Below, one piece after another: positions 26,113 to 34,943 of a DNA stretch of 64,000 nucleotides. The first letter of the stretch is position 1; each line of letters opens with the position of its first letter. The notes beneath the pieces were generated by a model. The model worked only from the letters and a program-made list of their open reading frames with translations. It did not search any database and was not told the DNA's origin. This stretch comes from Tahibacter sp. GTDB taxonomy: Bacteria; Pseudomonadota; Gammaproteobacteria; Xanthomonadales; Rhodanobacteraceae. Both the position numbers and the translations under genes were made by a program. The stretch is from the NCBI RefSeq assembly GCF_035481375.1, contig NZ_DATIGT010000191.1:260-64259 (forward strand), read 5' to 3'.

Positions 26113-26991
26113 TTGCCCCTGTCCGCATCAGCAAAGGCACTTCTCCAGATCCACTTCTGCGTCGTTCTCTGGGGACTCACCGCCATCCTCGGAAAACTCA
26201 TCAGCCTGCCCGCCACCGCGCTCGTCTGGTGGCGCATGCTGCTCGTCAGCGCGACCGCGCTGCTGCTGCCGCGCGTCTGGCGCACGCTGCGCGCCATGCC
26301 GCGACGCCAGATCGCCATCTACGCCGGCATCGGCGCCGTCGTCGCGCTGCACTGGCTCGCGTTCTACGGTGCGATCAAACTCGCCAACGCCTCCGTCGCC
26401 GTCATCTCGATGGCGCTGTGCCCGATCTTCCTCGCCGTCATCGAACCGTGGATCGCGCGGCGCCCGTTCGACCTGCGCGAACTCGGCCTCGGACTCGCCG
26501 TCGTACCCGGCGTACTCCTCGTCGTCGGCGGCACGCCATCGGGCATGCATCTCGGCCTCGTCGTCGGCGTGATCTCCGCGTTCTTCGCGTCCGCGTTCTC
26601 GGCGCTGAACAAACGTCACGCCGGCAACGCCGACGCACTCACCGTCACCGCGATCGAACTCGGCGCGGGCACGCTGCTGTTGACGCTCGTCGCGCCGCTG
26701 CTCGCCGGCGACGCACCCGCGTTCGTCCTGCCCGACCTGCATGATTCCGTGCTGCTCGTCGTCCTCGCCTACGGCTGCACGCTGCTGCCGTTCGCACTCT
26801 CGCTCGTCGCGCTGCGCCAGATCAGCGCCTTCACCGCGCAACTCGCGATCAACCTCGAACCCGTCTATGCGATTGCGATCGCCGCACTGCTGTTCGGCGA
26901 ACAGCGGCAGCTCGACGCGGCGTTCTATCTCGGCGTCGTGATCATCGTCGCCGCGGTGATCGTGCATCCGCTGACGGCGCGGCGGCGGTAA
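26113..26991 (+). CDS. EamA/DMT-family transporter
   Basis: C-terminal part of ORF 25456..26991. There are 10 TM-like segments (ALLQIHFCVVLWGLTAILGKLI...). There is no in-frame ATG near the first TM; TTG 26113 is my best guess and ATG 26026 is the alternative. Confidence 0.75.
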   Translation: MPLSASAKALLQIHFCVVLWGLTAILGKLISLPATALVWWRMLLVSATALLLPRVWRTLRAMPRRQIAIYAGIGAVVALHWLAFYGAIKLANASVAVISMALCPIFLAVIEPWIARRPFDLRELGLGLAVVPGVLLVVGGTPSGMHLGLVVGVISAFFASAFSALNKRHAGNADALTVTAIELGAGTLLLTLVAPLLAGDAPAFVLPDLHDSVLLVVLAYGCTLLPFALSLVALRQISAFTAQLAINLEPVYAIAIAALLFGEQRQLDAAFYLGVVIIVAAVIVHPLTARRR

Positions 26992-26997
26992 GGCAAC

Positions 26998-27153
26998 GTA
27001 GGGCGAACCGAAGGGCATTGCGCCAAGGTCTCTCCGAAGCCGAGTCGCCCGCCAATGCGGGCGCTGCATCCGAAGTCATTTGCTTCAGCGTGCATGGACC
27101 GGCTTTGGCTTCTTCGACGTATTCGGCGCAATGCCCTTCGGTTATTGCGCCCT
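26998..27153. repeat. REP-like inverted pair (REPIN/MITE-like), copy 1
   Basis: Left arm GTAGGGCGAACCGAAGGGCATTGCGCC (26998-27024). Right arm GGCGCAATGCCCTTCGGTTATTGCGCCCT (27125-27153) is its reverse complement. It lies between the convergent EamA gene and the 27179 gene. Confidence 0.8.
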
Positions 27154-27178
27154 GTGTTGCGCGACACGTTCACGGCCG

Positions 27179-28702
27179 CTACGGCGACACATCCGCGCAA
27201 CGTCCGCCGCCAGGCGACGAACAACGCATCTGCGCCTGCATCGGCGCCGCTTCGGCATACGTGGCCAGCACGCCCGGCGCAGCGTTCTGGTTCGTGTAGT
27301 GCGTGAAGCGCGTGCCGATCACCGGCAGGCCGGCGAGGCGGTAGCCTTCGAGTGATGCGGGCAGCACGGGGGACGTATCGCGTGCCTGATCGAATTCGAC
27401 GATGAGCTGTCCGTCGCCGAAGTAGGGCACGGGTCTGCCGTTCTGGCCGGCGGTGCCCATGTGTCCATGCAGCCGCGAGTCGAATGCGGAATCGCGGACA
27501 CCGGCCAGCGAAACCAGCTCGACGGCCGTGCCGGTCGTGCGCAGCGCGAGCGCGCCCTGGCCGAGCGGGCCGCGAAACAGTTCGGCGCCTTCGCGATCGA
27601 GCAGGCGGAATGCGTGGCCCGGCGATTGCGCGAGAGGAACCACGCCGCGGAACGTGGTTTGAAACGGCGGGCGCGGCGCTGTGGCGCCGAGCTGCGGATC
27701 GGTGTAGTGCGCGCGTGTCGGGTAGGTCAGCGCGAACGACGTCGTCGCGCCGAGTCGGGCCGTCGTGTCGGACGGCGCACTGAGCCGCGCGGCCATCAGC
27801 ACGGCGCTGACGGCATCGAGAGCGCGATCGCTCGGATAATGCGCCTGGATCACGCGGCCGCCGTCGATCAGCAGTGCGGTCGCCTGACCGGTGGCGGGAT
27901 CGCTCAGTGCGCTGCCGAGCAGCGACAGCACGCCCGGCGGCGGCGCGAAATGCTGGGCGACGCTGGCGCGCGTGCCGCGCGGACGGTCCTCGGGATCGAC
28001 GCGGAATTCGTCGAGCGCCGTCGCCTGCGCACCGTAGAGCGTGCCGGCGGCGACGTTCACGATCGCGATCGAGCCGCTGAGCCCACCGCCGGGATTCGTC
28101 AGATCGCGCAGCGGGTTGCGTGTCCAATAGCCGGCAGGTGCCGTCCAGGCCTGTTCGATCAGCAGGCAGTCGCGTGCGCCGCCGGCCGCCGGCGTGATCG
28201 CCGATGCGGTGGCGCTGTCGGCGACGATCGCCGCCAGTTCCACCGCTTCGACATAGCCTTCGCGTACGCGCCGCGGTTCGCTGCTGCCAGCGTCGATCGG
28301 CACGCTCAGCGGCAGGTAGCGCCGGCCATCCGGCAGCTGCGGCAGATCGTTTGATCTGCTCAGTTGTGGATAGGTGCACGAAGGGTCGTCGGTCAGCAGC
28401 CCCGGCGATTCGTTCTCGCCGCGGTCGAACAGCGCCGCAGTCCAGCTGTCGTGCGGCGCGAGGTAGACGTTCAGCGCTGCGACGCTACGGCCGTTCTCGC
28501 CTTCCGCGACACGCAGCTGCACGATTTTCGCGCGGTCGAGATGGTTGGTCAGCGTGATCAGGCTCGCGTTGCCGGCTGCCGTCGTGTAGTACGGCCAGAT
28601 CAGCACCTGACCCTGGCCGTGCGCGTTCAGCATCACCGCATGAGCGCCGTGCGCCGCGAAAGTTCCCAGAAAGAATCCGACAAATGCCCTTCGTATACTC
28701 AT
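27179..28702 (-). CDS. Exported hypothetical protein (507 aa)
   Basis: I start at Met32 (MSIRRAFVGFFLGTFAAHGAHA) behind RBS GAGGGA. High GC3. No domain recognised. The conserved-looking N-terminal block is VLIWPYYTTAAGNASLITLTNHL..IVQLRVAEGENGRSV..LNVYLAPHDSWTAAL. Confidence 0.7.
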   Translation of the reverse strand: MSIRRAFVGFFLGTFAAHGAHAVMLNAHGQGQVLIWPYYTTAAGNASLITLTNHLDRAKIVQLRVAEGENGRSVAALNVYLAPHDSWTAALFDRGENESPGLLTDDPSCTYPQLSRSNDLPQLPDGRRYLPLSVPIDAGSSEPRRVREGYVEAVELAAIVADSATASAITPAAGGARDCLLIEQAWTAPAGYWTRNPLRDLTNPGGGLSGSIAIVNVAAGTLYGAQATALDEFRVDPEDRPRGTRASVAQHFAPPPGVLSLLGSALSDPATGQATALLIDGGRVIQAHYPSDRALDAVSAVLMAARLSAPSDTTARLGATTSFALTYPTRAHYTDPQLGATAPRPPFQTTFRGVVPLAQSPGHAFRLLDREGAELFRGPLGQGALALRTTGTAVELVSLAGVRDSAFDSRLHGHMGTAGQNGRPVPYFGDGQLIVEFDQARDTSPVLPASLEGYRLAGLPVIGTRFTHYTNQNAAPGVLATYAEAAPMQAQMRCSSPGGGRCADVSP

Positions 28703-28770
28703 CGCACTGTTCCCTCGGCTGGAGTCGCGCATCAGAACGACGGGAGCGTGCGGAGTTCCAGAAGAAAACC

Positions 28771-28941
28771 GTAGCGCGCAATGACCGTAGGGCATTGCGC
28801 CAGGTCTTCCCGAAGCGACCCGCGTGAAACCGCGTGCGATGCGTCCGGAGCCCGATGGGTTCGGCGGACGCGAAGGAGCTTTGCTCCTCCGCTTTTGTCG
28901 TTGTTGTTGCCGGCACGATGCGCTGCGCTTATTGCGGCCTG
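28771..28941. repeat. REP-like inverted pair, copy 2 (right arm degenerate)
   Basis: Left arm GTAGCGCGCAATGACCGTAGGGCATTGCGCC (28771-28801). Right arm GGCACGATGCGCTGCGCTTATTGCGGCCTG (28912-28941). Confidence 0.65.
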
Positions 28942-29172
28942 CGTCGCTTCGGCGGCGGCAGTTCCGGCGTGAAGCAAAGAGCTCGAAAACCGCGGCATTC
29001 CTGCTGCCGCCCGCGCTGGGAATGCGTCCGTGCCGCCGCGGTCTTCGAGTTGAGGAAAAAACACCGCATCACCGGCGGCAGCGATGGCCGGGTCTGCGCG
29101 CGCCTGGCTACGGGCGATCGATGTCCGGCTGTCCCGCCGCCGTCGCTGCCGCGCGGTGATGCGGTCGGCGAA

Positions 29173-30792
29173 TCAGTCGAGCGTGCCGCGGAAGATGCGG
29201 TCCGACGCCTGCGCGAGCAGCAGCACCTGGCCGTAGGTCGCTACCGTTGCCGACACGAGCACGTTGCCGTCGGCGCCGATCCAGCGGTCGCGGCCGCGGC
29301 TGCTGTCGGAGCCGTAGCCGGGCAGGTCGAAGGTCGACACGGTGGCCTGCAGGTTGCCGGTCGTCGTTGCGACGGTGACGGCCTGGCCGGGTTCGAGCAG
29401 TTTGCGCGGCGCGCGGCCGGCTTCGAGTGCCCACAGCGCGTTGACGTCACCGGGGTTGGTGCGTGCTTCCACGACGATCGTGCCGTTCGCGAGCACGGCG
29501 CTGGCACCGAAGCTGACCCAGGTGCGGGTCGGCTCGGGCCCGTACTGGCCCGGAATGCCGATCAGCGCGACGAGTTCGGGGCGCTGTCCGGTGCGCACGC
29601 GCCAGAAACCGGTCGGATTGCCGCCGTCGGTAGTCTCCACGCGTGCGGTGAACGCGGCATAGGCACCGTTCGCGCTCAGCGTTTCCGGATTGAACGTGAG
29701 CCAGGTTGCGTCGATCCAGTTCGGGCCGTAGTAGCCCGTGGTATCGCGATAGGCCATCGGGCGGTTGCGCGAGCCGTCATGCCAGAACAGGCCGTATTCG
29801 CTCGAAGAGCCGCTGGTGCGGCGGAAATAATTGAAAAAGTACAATTGGTTCGGAAGTCCGGGCTGGGCCGCTTCGAAGTCGTTGCTGAACGTCGCCGTGG
29901 CGATGCCGATGTCGGGGCCGCGCGCGCCGGTCTCGTCGTCGACGGCGACCGCGCGCGGATTGCCGGCGCAGATTTCCCAGATGCCGCCGCGCGAGCCGGT
30001 CGCGTCGAACACGCCGTAGACGCGGCCCTCGCGCGTGACGCTGACGCTGTCGGTCAGGGTCCAGCCGGTGTGGAACGAGTCGCCGGCGGCGAGGCCCGGT
30101 GCGAGCGCGGCTTCGGTCGCGCCGGCGCGCAGGCAGGGGCGGTTGCCGGTGCCGGGCATGTGCCTGACGATCGCGCGGCCGCTCGCGTTGGTCGGACTCA
30201 GCAGGTCGGCGTCGAGCACGACGTTGCCGCCGTTCATCGCCCGGCCGACCGCAAAGCCCGAGGCGTCGGCGAAACGCCAGCCCGCGCCGAGGCCCGGGCC
30301 GAGTACGGCGTCGGTCTGTGCGCGTGCGATCTCGACATTGCGCGTGCCGTCCCAGCGCCAGATACCGTAGCTGTTGTTCGTGCTCGAACCGGGTTCGCCG
30401 GCACGGCCGGCAAACACGCGCTGGCCGTCGGGTGCCGAGGCGCCGTCGCCCGAGACGATGTTCTGGAATACGTGGCCGGCCTCGGCGCCTTGGCGGCCCG
30501 GGCCGCGCACGCCGGTGACGCCGAGTTCGGTGTAGCGCACGAATGTGCCGGGCGTGCGCGCCCAATAGCCGGCGAGGCTGTCGGGGCTGGTCACGCGCAG
30601 GCCGACGAGCTCGCCGCCGGCGTCGCCGAGGATGGCGTCGGTCAGGCTGCGGCCGGTGCCGTTGGGCATGCCGGTCGTGACGACGCGGCTGTCTTCGCCG
30701 GCGACGACGCGCCAGGCGGCGGTCTGCGCGGGGACGAGCGGCGCGTAGACCAGGGCCGCGGCGAGCGCGGCTCCAATTTTCAGGTTCGACAT
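29173..30792 (-). CDS. Exported tandem-repeat protein (NxxGxxAF/DUF7453-like propeller-type repeats)
   Basis: I start at Met27 (MSNLKIGAALAAALVYAPLVPAQ) behind RBS GGAGAG. There are about 6 repeats, each with an N/D-G-x-hydrophobic strand and a G-hydrophobic-W turn (GIWRWDG, GIWEICAG, GLFWHDG, GFWRVRTG, ALWALEAG). Ends in ...SDRIFRGTLD. Confidence 0.65.
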   Translation of the reverse strand: MSNLKIGAALAAALVYAPLVPAQTAAWRVVAGEDSRVVTTGMPNGTGRSLTDAILGDAGGELVGLRVTSPDSLAGYWARTPGTFVRYTELGVTGVRGPGRQGAEAGHVFQNIVSGDGASAPDGQRVFAGRAGEPGSSTNNSYGIWRWDGTRNVEIARAQTDAVLGPGLGAGWRFADASGFAVGRAMNGGNVVLDADLLSPTNASGRAIVRHMPGTGNRPCLRAGATEAALAPGLAAGDSFHTGWTLTDSVSVTREGRVYGVFDATGSRGGIWEICAGNPRAVAVDDETGARGPDIGIATATFSNDFEAAQPGLPNQLYFFNYFRRTSGSSSEYGLFWHDGSRNRPMAYRDTTGYYGPNWIDATWLTFNPETLSANGAYAAFTARVETTDGGNPTGFWRVRTGQRPELVALIGIPGQYGPEPTRTWVSFGASAVLANGTIVVEARTNPGDVNALWALEAGRAPRKLLEPGQAVTVATTTGNLQATVSTFDLPGYGSDSSRGRDRWIGADGNVLVSATVATYGQVLLLAQASDRIFRGTLD

Positions 30793-30930
30793 GGGTTCTC
30801 TCCGGATCTCAGGCGGGCCTGCGCCGCGGTCCGTGTTGTTCGGCTGACGTTTCCGTGCGTTCGCGTTCATGCGATAGGCCGGCGCAGGCGACCCATGCTA
30901 GGGTTCACGACGGATTTCGTAGGCACGGAT

Positions 30931-30963
30931 GGATAACGGCGCGGTAACGGATGGGTAACGCCG
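30931..30963. promoter_or_regulatory. Three direct repeats with exact 11-bp phasing (GGATAACGGCG / CGGTAACGGAT / GGGTAACGCCG)
   Basis: TAACG starts at 30934, 30945 and 30956. It lies in the divergent intergenic region, about 70-100 bp upstream of the wHTH-kinase ATG (31031). It is a candidate binding array for an OmpR-type winged helix. Confidence 0.4.
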
Positions 30964-31030
30964 CGCTGCGCGGCGATTTTTTCGCCGCCGGAAGCGATTC
31001 CCGGCCGCCGGCGCCGCGCCTTCAGCACGC

Positions 31031-33754
31031 ATGAAGATCGACAACGACACGCCGGAACGGCCCTCCTATTCCTATCGCTTCGGCACGGCCGAGTTCGACG
31101 AGGCGCGCTTCGAGCTGCGCGTGGCCGGCCTGCCGGTCGACGTCGAGCGGCGCGCGCTCGAAGTGCTGCTTTATCTGCTCCGCCACGCGGGCGAGGTCGT
31201 CACGAAGGACGAATTGCTGCGCGAGGTCTGGGCCGGGCGCATTACGGTCGACAAGGTGTTGCCGAACGCGATCAACAAGCTGCGCCGTGCGCTCGGCGAG
31301 GCGAACGCGGAGCGCGTGCAGACCCAGGCACGCATCGGCTATCGGCTCGACGGCGCGATCGAGCGCATCGCGGTCGGCCGCCGGCTCACGAGCCGCATCG
31401 ATCTGTCGGCGGGCCAGCCCGTGCCCGGCCGCGACAATTTCCTGTTGCGCCGCCAGCTCGGCAGCAACCGCGGCAGCGAGGTCTGGCTGGCCGAGCACGC
31501 GAAGACGCGCGAGAAGCGCGTCTACAAGTTCGGCACCGACGGCGAGCGGCTGCGCTCGCTCAAGCGCGAAGCGACGCTCGCGCGCGTGCTGCAGGAAAGC
31601 CTCGACGACCGCACCCATTTCGTCGACATCATCGACTGGAACTTCGAAAGCCCGCCGTTCTTCCTGGAATGCCAGTTCGGCGGCGACAGTCTGCTCGACT
31701 GGTCCGAGCGGCATCTGGCGGCGCTGTCGGTCGAAGAACGCGTCGCACTGTTCCTGCAGATCGCCGATGCGGTAGCCGCGGCGCACGCGGTCGGCGTGCT
31801 GCACAAGGATCTCAAGCCCGCGAACGTGCTGATCGCGCCGGCGGAGCCGGGCTGGCTGATCCGCCTGACCGACTTCGGCAGCGGCCGGCTGCTCGACCCG
31901 GAGCGGCTGGAGTCGCTCGGCATCACGCAGCTCGGCCTCACGGTGACGCAGAGCATCGCGACCGATTCGTCGGCGGGCACGCCGCTCTACGTCGCGCCGG
32001 AAGTGTTCGCCGGCCACGCGCCGACCGTGCAGAGCGACGTGTTCGCGCTCGGCATCCTGCTGTATCAGCTGCTGGCGGGCCGCCTGAACAAGCCGATGGT
32101 GTCGGGCTGGGAGCAGGACGTCGCCGACGAACTGCTGCGCGAGGATGTGCGGCTGGCGACCGACGGCAATCCCGAGCGGCGTCTGGCGAGCGTCGCGGAA
32201 CTCGCCGCGCGGCTGCGCGACCGCGAGCCGCGTCGCCTGCGCAACGAACGCGTCCGCCGCGACGAAGCGCAGGCGCGCAGCGCGAATGAATCGCTCGCAC
32301 GCAGCCGTGCGCGGCGGCCTTACCTGGTTGCGCTGATCGTCGCGCTCGCGGCGAGCGTCGTCGTCGTGCTCGGCCTCTACGGTGCCGCGCTGCGCGCGCG
32401 CAACGACGCGCAGCGGGAACTCGACCGCGCCACGGCGATCAACCGGTTTCTCAACGAAGACCTGATCGGCCGGTCCAATCCGCTCGTCGTCGCGAAAGGG
32501 CAGAGCGCGTCGCTGAAGGATGTGCTGCTCGCGGCGCGCGAACGCGTCTCGCGGCGCTTCGGCGCGCAGCCGCAGACCGAAGCGTCGATCCGCATGAGCC
32601 TCGTGACGCTGTTCAACATGCTCGAGCTGCTGCCCGAAGCCGAGGACGAGGCGCGCCGCGCGCTCGCGCTGTATGAAAGCAGCGAAGGTGCGGCGAGCCG
32701 CAACGCGCTCAAGGCGCGCACCTTCGTCGCGCGCATGCTTGCGCGCACCGGCAAGTTCGACGCCGCGCTGAAGGAACTCCAGACGATGGACGCGCTGATC
32801 GCGAACGACGGCGACGACTATGCGAAATACCTGCGCGGTTCGGCCTGGAGCGTCTATCTGATGAACCAGGGCGAGTACGCCAAGGGCGTCGCGGAGTTGC
32901 GCATCGCGATCCCGATCGCGCGCAGGTTCGAGCCCGACAACGTCACGCAGCGCGATTCGATGCGCATGGACCTGATCAATGGCCTGACGCAGACCGGCGA
33001 TCTGGCCGGTGCGCGTGCCGAAGGCGCGGCGCTGATCGCGGAAGTCGGCGCGCGCGACGACGATAACGGACTCGTCATCGCGTTCGCGAAGGCCGCCGTC
33101 GCGCGCACCTATACGATGGAAGGCGATCTCGCGACCGCCGAAGCGCAGCTCGTCGAGGCGCAGGAGACCATCGTCACGCGGCTCGGCGCGGGACATATGC
33201 GCAACATCATGGTGCTCAGCGATCTGTTCGATATCGCGATGCGCCGCGCCGAGTGGCCCAGGGCGCTCGACTACGCGCAGCGCGTGCACGAAGGCGCGCT
33301 CGCGAAGTTCGGGCCGGAGCACAACATCACGGCCGTCACGGCCATCAACTGGGGCCAGGCGCTGTTCGAGAGCGGAGACGCCGCGGCCGCCGACGGCAAA
33401 CTGCGGCCGTTCCAGCAGCGTCTCGTCGCCCAGCTCGGCGAGAAGAACCCGCAAAGCCAGATGTCGATCTACTGGCTGGCCGCGATCGCGCTGGAGCGGC
33501 GGCGAACCGACGAAGCCGCGCGTCTCGTGGCGGTGCTGGATCCGGCCGCGCTGGAAGCCGCCGGCGCCGACGGGTTCTGGAAACTGCGCGTCGATGCGCT
33601 GCGAGGGCTCGTCGCCGTACAGCGCGGCGACCGTGCGACCGCCGCGCCGCTGCTCGCCGCGGCGGTGGACGGCCTGGCCAAGGCCGACGGCGGCGGCCGC
33701 AGCCGCGTGTATGCGAATGCGGAGCGGGAGCGGGGCCAGGTCGGCGTCAAGTGA
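31031..33754 (+). CDS. Fusion protein: OmpR/CadC-type winged-helix DNA-binding domain + Hanks Ser/Thr kinase + TM + TPR region
   Basis: The N-terminus YRFGTAEFDEARFELRVAGLPVDVERRALEVLLYLLRHAGEVVTKDELLREVWAGR...IGYRL is a trans_reg_C fold. Kinase motifs: VYKF, HKDLKPANVLI, DFGSG, GTPLYVAPEV. TM is YLVALIVALAASVVVVLGLYGAAL, followed by TPR-like repeats. Confidence 0.85.
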   Translation: MKIDNDTPERPSYSYRFGTAEFDEARFELRVAGLPVDVERRALEVLLYLLRHAGEVVTKDELLREVWAGRITVDKVLPNAINKLRRALGEANAERVQTQARIGYRLDGAIERIAVGRRLTSRIDLSAGQPVPGRDNFLLRRQLGSNRGSEVWLAEHAKTREKRVYKFGTDGERLRSLKREATLARVLQESLDDRTHFVDIIDWNFESPPFFLECQFGGDSLLDWSERHLAALSVEERVALFLQIADAVAAAHAVGVLHKDLKPANVLIAPAEPGWLIRLTDFGSGRLLDPERLESLGITQLGLTVTQSIATDSSAGTPLYVAPEVFAGHAPTVQSDVFALGILLYQLLAGRLNKPMVSGWEQDVADELLREDVRLATDGNPERRLASVAELAARLRDREPRRLRNERVRRDEAQARSANESLARSRARRPYLVALIVALAASVVVVLGLYGAALRARNDAQRELDRATAINRFLNEDLIGRSNPLVVAKGQSASLKDVLLAARERVSRRFGAQPQTEASIRMSLVTLFNMLELLPEAEDEARRALALYESSEGAASRNALKARTFVARMLARTGKFDAALKELQTMDALIANDGDDYAKYLRGSAWSVYLMNQGEYAKGVAELRIAIPIARRFEPDNVTQRDSMRMDLINGLTQTGDLAGARAEGAALIAEVGARDDDNGLVIAFAKAAVARTYTMEGDLATAEAQLVEAQETIVTRLGAGHMRNIMVLSDLFDIAMRRAEWPRALDYAQRVHEGALAKFGPEHNITAVTAINWGQALFESGDAAAADGKLRPFQQRLVAQLGEKNPQSQMSIYWLAAIALERRRTDEAARLVAVLDPAALEAAGADGFWKLRVDALRGLVAVQRGDRATAAPLLAAAVDGLAKADGGGRSRVYANAERERGQVGVK

Positions 33755-33765
33755 ACCGGACCCCG

Positions 33766-34539
33766 TCAGGTCGCGTCGTCGAGCTTCGCGAGCATCCGCT
33801 TCAGCGCGAAGTGCCGATAGCTCTGCAGCGCGAGGCTGCGGATCTCTTTCCAGTTCGGCTTCGCGCCGACGGCGAGGGCAATCCAGCCGTTGTGGCCCAT
33901 GTAGGGCGGGATCGAATAGCGTCTGTCGGCGGTGTACAGCCCCTGCTGCTCGACGCCGACCCAGAACGCGAAGGTCAGCGTGCCGTCGTAGCGGTAGGCG
34001 GTCGCGAACGTGCGCTTGCCGGCCTGCCAGGACGGCGACCCGAAGCGCGGATCCTCGACGACTTCGGGTAGCGACAGGCAGTACCCGCGCAAGGGCTCCA
34101 CGAGTTTCTGCACGGCCGGCGCGAGCATCGGGTCGCGTTCCTCGGCGCTCATCATTGCCTTCGGCGGCACGATGACGATGGTCTTGCCGATCTGCTTGCT
34201 CAGCGCCGCGGGCGCGGCCTTTTCGTAGGCCTCGCGCGCGAGGCCGGCGACGCGTTTCCAGTCGAGCCCCTTGTCGAGTTCGACGCCGAGCCAGCCGCGC
34301 GGGCCGACGTAGGGCGGCACGAAGAAATATTCCGGTTCGTCGCGCACGTGCTGTTCCTGCGCGCCGGGCGGCGACGCCAGCCACATGGCGACGCGGCCGT
34401 CGCCGTGATGGTTCACGAGGAAGCTCGCGAAAGTCTTGCCGCGCACGCGGAAATTCGGCGAGCCGTGCGAGACGTATTCCTCGGCTTCCGGAAACGACAG
34501 CAGGATTTCGCGAACCGCAGCGGGGATGTCCTCGGCCAT
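33766..34539 (-). CDS. Protein with two tandem MmcQ/YjbR-like domains
   Basis: I start at MAEDIPAAVREILLSFPEAEEY (complement 34537-34539). Both halves share the pattern ...FRVRGKTFA...PPYVGPRGWLGVEL..LDWKRV / ...WQAGKRTFA...PPYMGHNGWIALAV..PNWKEI. Confidence 0.55.
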   Translation of the reverse strand: MAEDIPAAVREILLSFPEAEEYVSHGSPNFRVRGKTFASFLVNHHGDGRVAMWLASPPGAQEQHVRDEPEYFFVPPYVGPRGWLGVELDKGLDWKRVAGLAREAYEKAAPAALSKQIGKTIVIVPPKAMMSAEERDPMLAPAVQKLVEPLRGYCLSLPEVVEDPRFGSPSWQAGKRTFATAYRYDGTLTFAFWVGVEQQGLYTADRRYSIPPYMGHNGWIALAVGAKPNWKEIRSLALQSYRHFALKRMLAKLDDAT

Positions 34540-34619
34540 GGCGATGTCCGTCGGAGGCGTCGCCGGAGTCTGTGGCAGCGTCGCGCCGGCGGCAACCGGC
34601 ACGGGCCGCCCGCCGCTGT

Positions 34620-34943
34620 TCAGCGCCGGTTCGTCAGTGCGTAGTAGGCGAGATTGCCGACGCCGACGGCCGCGGCGATCACCGCGATCGCGCCGGGCGT
34701 GATGTCGTTCCAGCCGAACAGCTGGATCAGCGCGAAGCCCGCGGCCAGCGCGAGCAGCGTGATGCCGGAACGCAGCGAGGCATATCGGCGCTGCAGCGCC
34801 TCGCCGTCGAGAATCGACCGGATCAGCTCGTCCGAACTGCCGGCGCGCATCATCAGAATCCGCAGGCGCGCGTCGATGAGCAGCTTGACGACGTACGTGA
34901 TGCAGCCGAACAGGGCGATCGGTATCAGGAACTGCGTGGACAT
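34620..34943 (-). CDS. Small membrane protein (107 aa)
   Basis: I start at Met10 (MSTQFLIPIALFGCITYVV) behind RBS GGAGAA. Three hydrophobic segments. High GC3. Confidence 0.55.
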   Translation of the reverse strand: MSTQFLIPIALFGCITYVVKLLIDARLRILMMRAGSSDELIRSILDGEALQRRYASLRSGITLLALAAGFALIQLFGWNDITPGAIAVIAAAVGVGNLAYYALTNRR

